In this document: piece after piece, positions 61,111 through 64,000 of the stretch
How positions within the stretch are numbered: position 1 is the stretch's first letter
How the letters are laid out: every line of letters begins with the position of its first letter
Assembly (NCBI RefSeq): GCF_009834535.1
Contig: NC_045697.1
Location: 66,280,001 to 66,344,000 of the forward strand
DNA length: 64,000 bases
Origin: Camelus ferus
Taxonomy: Eukaryota
Direction: 5' to 3'
Position numbers and translations under genes: made by a program
Notes under the pieces: model-generated
What the model was told of the DNA's origin: nothing
Database searches by the model: none
The model's input: only the letters and a program-made list of their open reading frames with translations

Positions 61111-64000
61111 AACCAGACTATGAATAGAATAGAATAAAGTAGCCAGGCCTCAGGGTATGGAGGTGGGGAAGCGTAGCTCCTAGTAATAATGGGAGTAATG
61201 TGTAAGATCCTTTTGTTGGACAAATGCTAATCGGACATTTACTGTGCTGGTTATTGGGGATGGAAAGGAAGCCCTCACACCTGCCCTCAAGGAGCGCACA
61301 CTGTGGAGCCCTGGTTTCTAACCTTAAATAAGGACCTTGTTTTAATATCAAACATTTCCTGGGCAACCCTTCGCCCACTACATTAAGATAATAATTGTAT
61401 TTTAAGAAACTGCAGACTTCATACCTATTGTACTGCATTTTTAAATGAAGATTTTTTATATTTATGTACAAGAATTTACATTTATTTAAAAATCCAAACA
61501 TATACATGATCTAAGCAGACTTTAAACAGTGTTTAGTATAGAAATGAATTCATGAATCATTTGTGACTGCTTCGAACTGTGTGCTTGTTACCTCCAGCTG
61601 CTTCAAGCATCCTTCACAAATTGGGAACCACTGGCCAAGAAACATTTTAAGCCATCTGAAAGTAGATCCATAGGTAAGATGAGACAGAGGAGAGAGAGTT
61701 TGAGGGTGGTCAGGGAAACAAGAAAGAAAGGCAGAGATCGCAGGGCAGCAATTGAAGGACGAGAGTAACCTGGGAAGATTCTCCTGGTCACATCTGCTTG
61801 TTAGTGGATTAAAAAGACCATGGTTCTGCAACATTAGATTCTACCAAATTTACCTTCAATATCATTTTAAGAAAAAGCCTAATTTCAGAGTTTAAAATGA
61901 GAGGCATATGTCATATTTCCTAGTATAAAATGGAATAGCTGAGGAAGATGTAACATGCACGCTGAGTTAAATGGCCAGAATATCACACCCCGCTTTTGAA
62001 AGGAAGAAATAATACTCTGTTTTTACATACTCCAGAGCCTATCACTCCAGGGGACGTAGAAATACTCAATAAATAGTTACTGCCCTGAGTTGTAGAGACT
62101 GTTACTTTAAAAAATACAGTAATTTTTGCTATGTTTGCCTGATACATTTAGAAATAATTAAGAAGTTATTAGTGAGATTGAGTGACAAACTGGTCATTTT
62201 TGAGTGTTTGATGGCAGTAGTCTCCTCGGAATTTCAAATAAACCTTGTGTCCATGGCATTGAGAGCTTTTGAAAGAATTGAAATTCAAGTCATTCCCAAC
62301 TGTTTCCAGTAACTGTTGTTGCTATTAAGGTCTCGAAGGCTGAAATAGCTTGGGCTTTATGTGATTTGGAAAGTAAACGGGAGTGATTGACTGTGCAGAA
62401 CACAAGCGGCAGAGTATTTATACTGTTGAACTTTGCAGCTTATTTCTTCTTTCACATATCTTAAAGGCTGTGTTTTCATAATAAACCAGCTTTATAAATA
62501 GATTTCTAAATGGTACTAGTCCCAATAATTTCTTTTATCAAGTACTATCGCTATTAACAGTCTTTCTCTGAAATTTAAAACATATAAAAATAGCCTCTCA
62601 TTCATCTATTTTTTGTATATATGAATTTTAGTTTCTTGTGTTATACAGCAAGAGTTCATTTTTGCATTACAATAAAAACCTATAGGTGATAGTCTTGAAT
62701 TCAGTGACCTCTCTTAAAATTGAGTCTGCCTTTATCTTGACTGTTTTGGCTGACATTTATAGTATTGTTTTCCTGTGTAATTCACCCTATTACAATGAAT
62801 ATGAGGGACTTTCCAGATTCTTTTGTTTTACTGGAATTTTGCTACATGGACCGCGCTTTGAAATAATGGATTATTTATTAGTTCAGAATGTTTTTGTTAT
62901 CCTGAGGATATGGGATATGTTTGGTTACTAAATTATTCTTAAAACTATGAAAAGTATTTTTGTATTTGAAAGATAAGCTGGTTAATTGCCTCCTTCAAAC
63001 TAGGATTTTAATCTTTTTGACACACTGAAATATAGAGCAATGTCTCTTTTCCAGATTTTATGGATTCAATAGTGTTTCTGTAGATTTCTTTTTCTAATGA
63101 GAAACCTGTTTGTTTTAGTAAGGCAAAGAATTATCTCCAAGGCATCAAAGTGAATTTGTCCTTAATTGAAACTTTGCTGTGATGTTTTTGATTTTTACAT
63201 GTAACTATTTACAGCTGAAATAATTTTATAATTATGCAGAAAAGAGTCCATTTTTATTTATACCTTTAAAGAGCTTATACTGGTTATAGCAATATTCATG
63301 TTTCCAAGGACTTTAGATAACAGTTTTTCTTCTCAGCTATCTGATGGGAAAAGTGTCAAAATTGCTAGGGATGGAATTTCAATCTTGTTTTTTTTAGCAC
63401 GCAGTAGGAAATTAGTAAGTAAAGCATATTAAAGAAAAAGAAACTAGAATTTTAAATTCTTGTTCCAGCAATACACTGAGCCCGGAGCTTTATATACCTC
63501 AGTCATTGAATCTTCACAGCTGTTTGACAGTCTCCCTCTGCTTTACAAGAAAGTGAAGCAAGTGCTTCAAAGTCACACAACTTGTAACTAAGGCAGAAGT
63601 CAAGCTCAGATCTGTTTCCCTCTTACTGTAATGATTTTTCGATAACATCACACTGTCTCTTTAAACAAAGGAATTTTAAATATATTTTTATTGTACAGTC
63701 ATCCTAATACCTGTTGTCTAGAAGTTCATTTTGCTTTTCCAAATACACCACAATAAGAATTTTTGCCATCAAATTTGTTCCATAGGAGGCACAGAAAGAG
63801 GTAAATTGTGGAGACATTTGTTTGATATTTAAGTAAATTTGAAATTCTGTGAAAAATACTAACAATGAGTTAATGCTCTTTGAAAAATTTGCTTTTGTAG
63901 AAGCTCACAAAATATTCTAGCGGTAATGTTACCTCACTCATTCCTCTAGCAGCTCCAATTCTCCAAATAAATTAAAGCAGCTTTAGTATCTTCATCTGTG

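Larger units (their letters stand above)
51163..64000 (+). other. PDLIM5: PDLIM5 intron downstream of the PDZ exon (3' end outside the window)
   Basis: Begins GTAAAT. No next PDLIM5 exon is recognisable before the window ends. Confidence 0.8.

Noticed and set aside
1..64000. Prokaryote-type or novel multi-gene system (CRISPR, operon, defence island, intact transposase/RT)
   Set aside because: The sequence is mammalian intron: no long ORFs, no repeat-spacer array and no intact mobile-element coding sequence.

Overview
Eukaryotic, AT-rich, CpG-poor mammalian genomic DNA. It is most likely camelid (alpaca/llama/camel), judged from its tRNA-Ala-derived SINE family. The window lies inside the PDLIM5 (ENH) gene, transcribed on the + strand. 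Only one coding exon is present: 51011-51162, 152 nt, AG/GT flanked, encoding the C-terminal half of the PDZ domain. It sits between a >51 kb upstream intron and a >12.8 kb downstream intron. The rest is intronic: lineage-specific SINEs and L1 3' ends with visible target-site duplications (TSDs), older L1M, L2, MIR and L3 relics, MER2B/MER5-type DNA transposons, ERVL/MaLR LTRs and microsatellites. All other ORFs in the track look spurious or repeat-derived. I found no evidence for a new multi-gene system. The best leads are cis-regulatory or RNA-processing hypotheses: a three-CArG + AP-1 + TEAD cluster at 24.8-25.6 kb, a candidate recursive splice site at 5009/5010, a competing frameshifting acceptor and a possible PDZ-only intronic-polyadenylation isoform at the exon, and several unusual retrotransposition scars. 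Repeat subfamily names come from remembered consensus sequences, and boundaries of old repeats are approximate.
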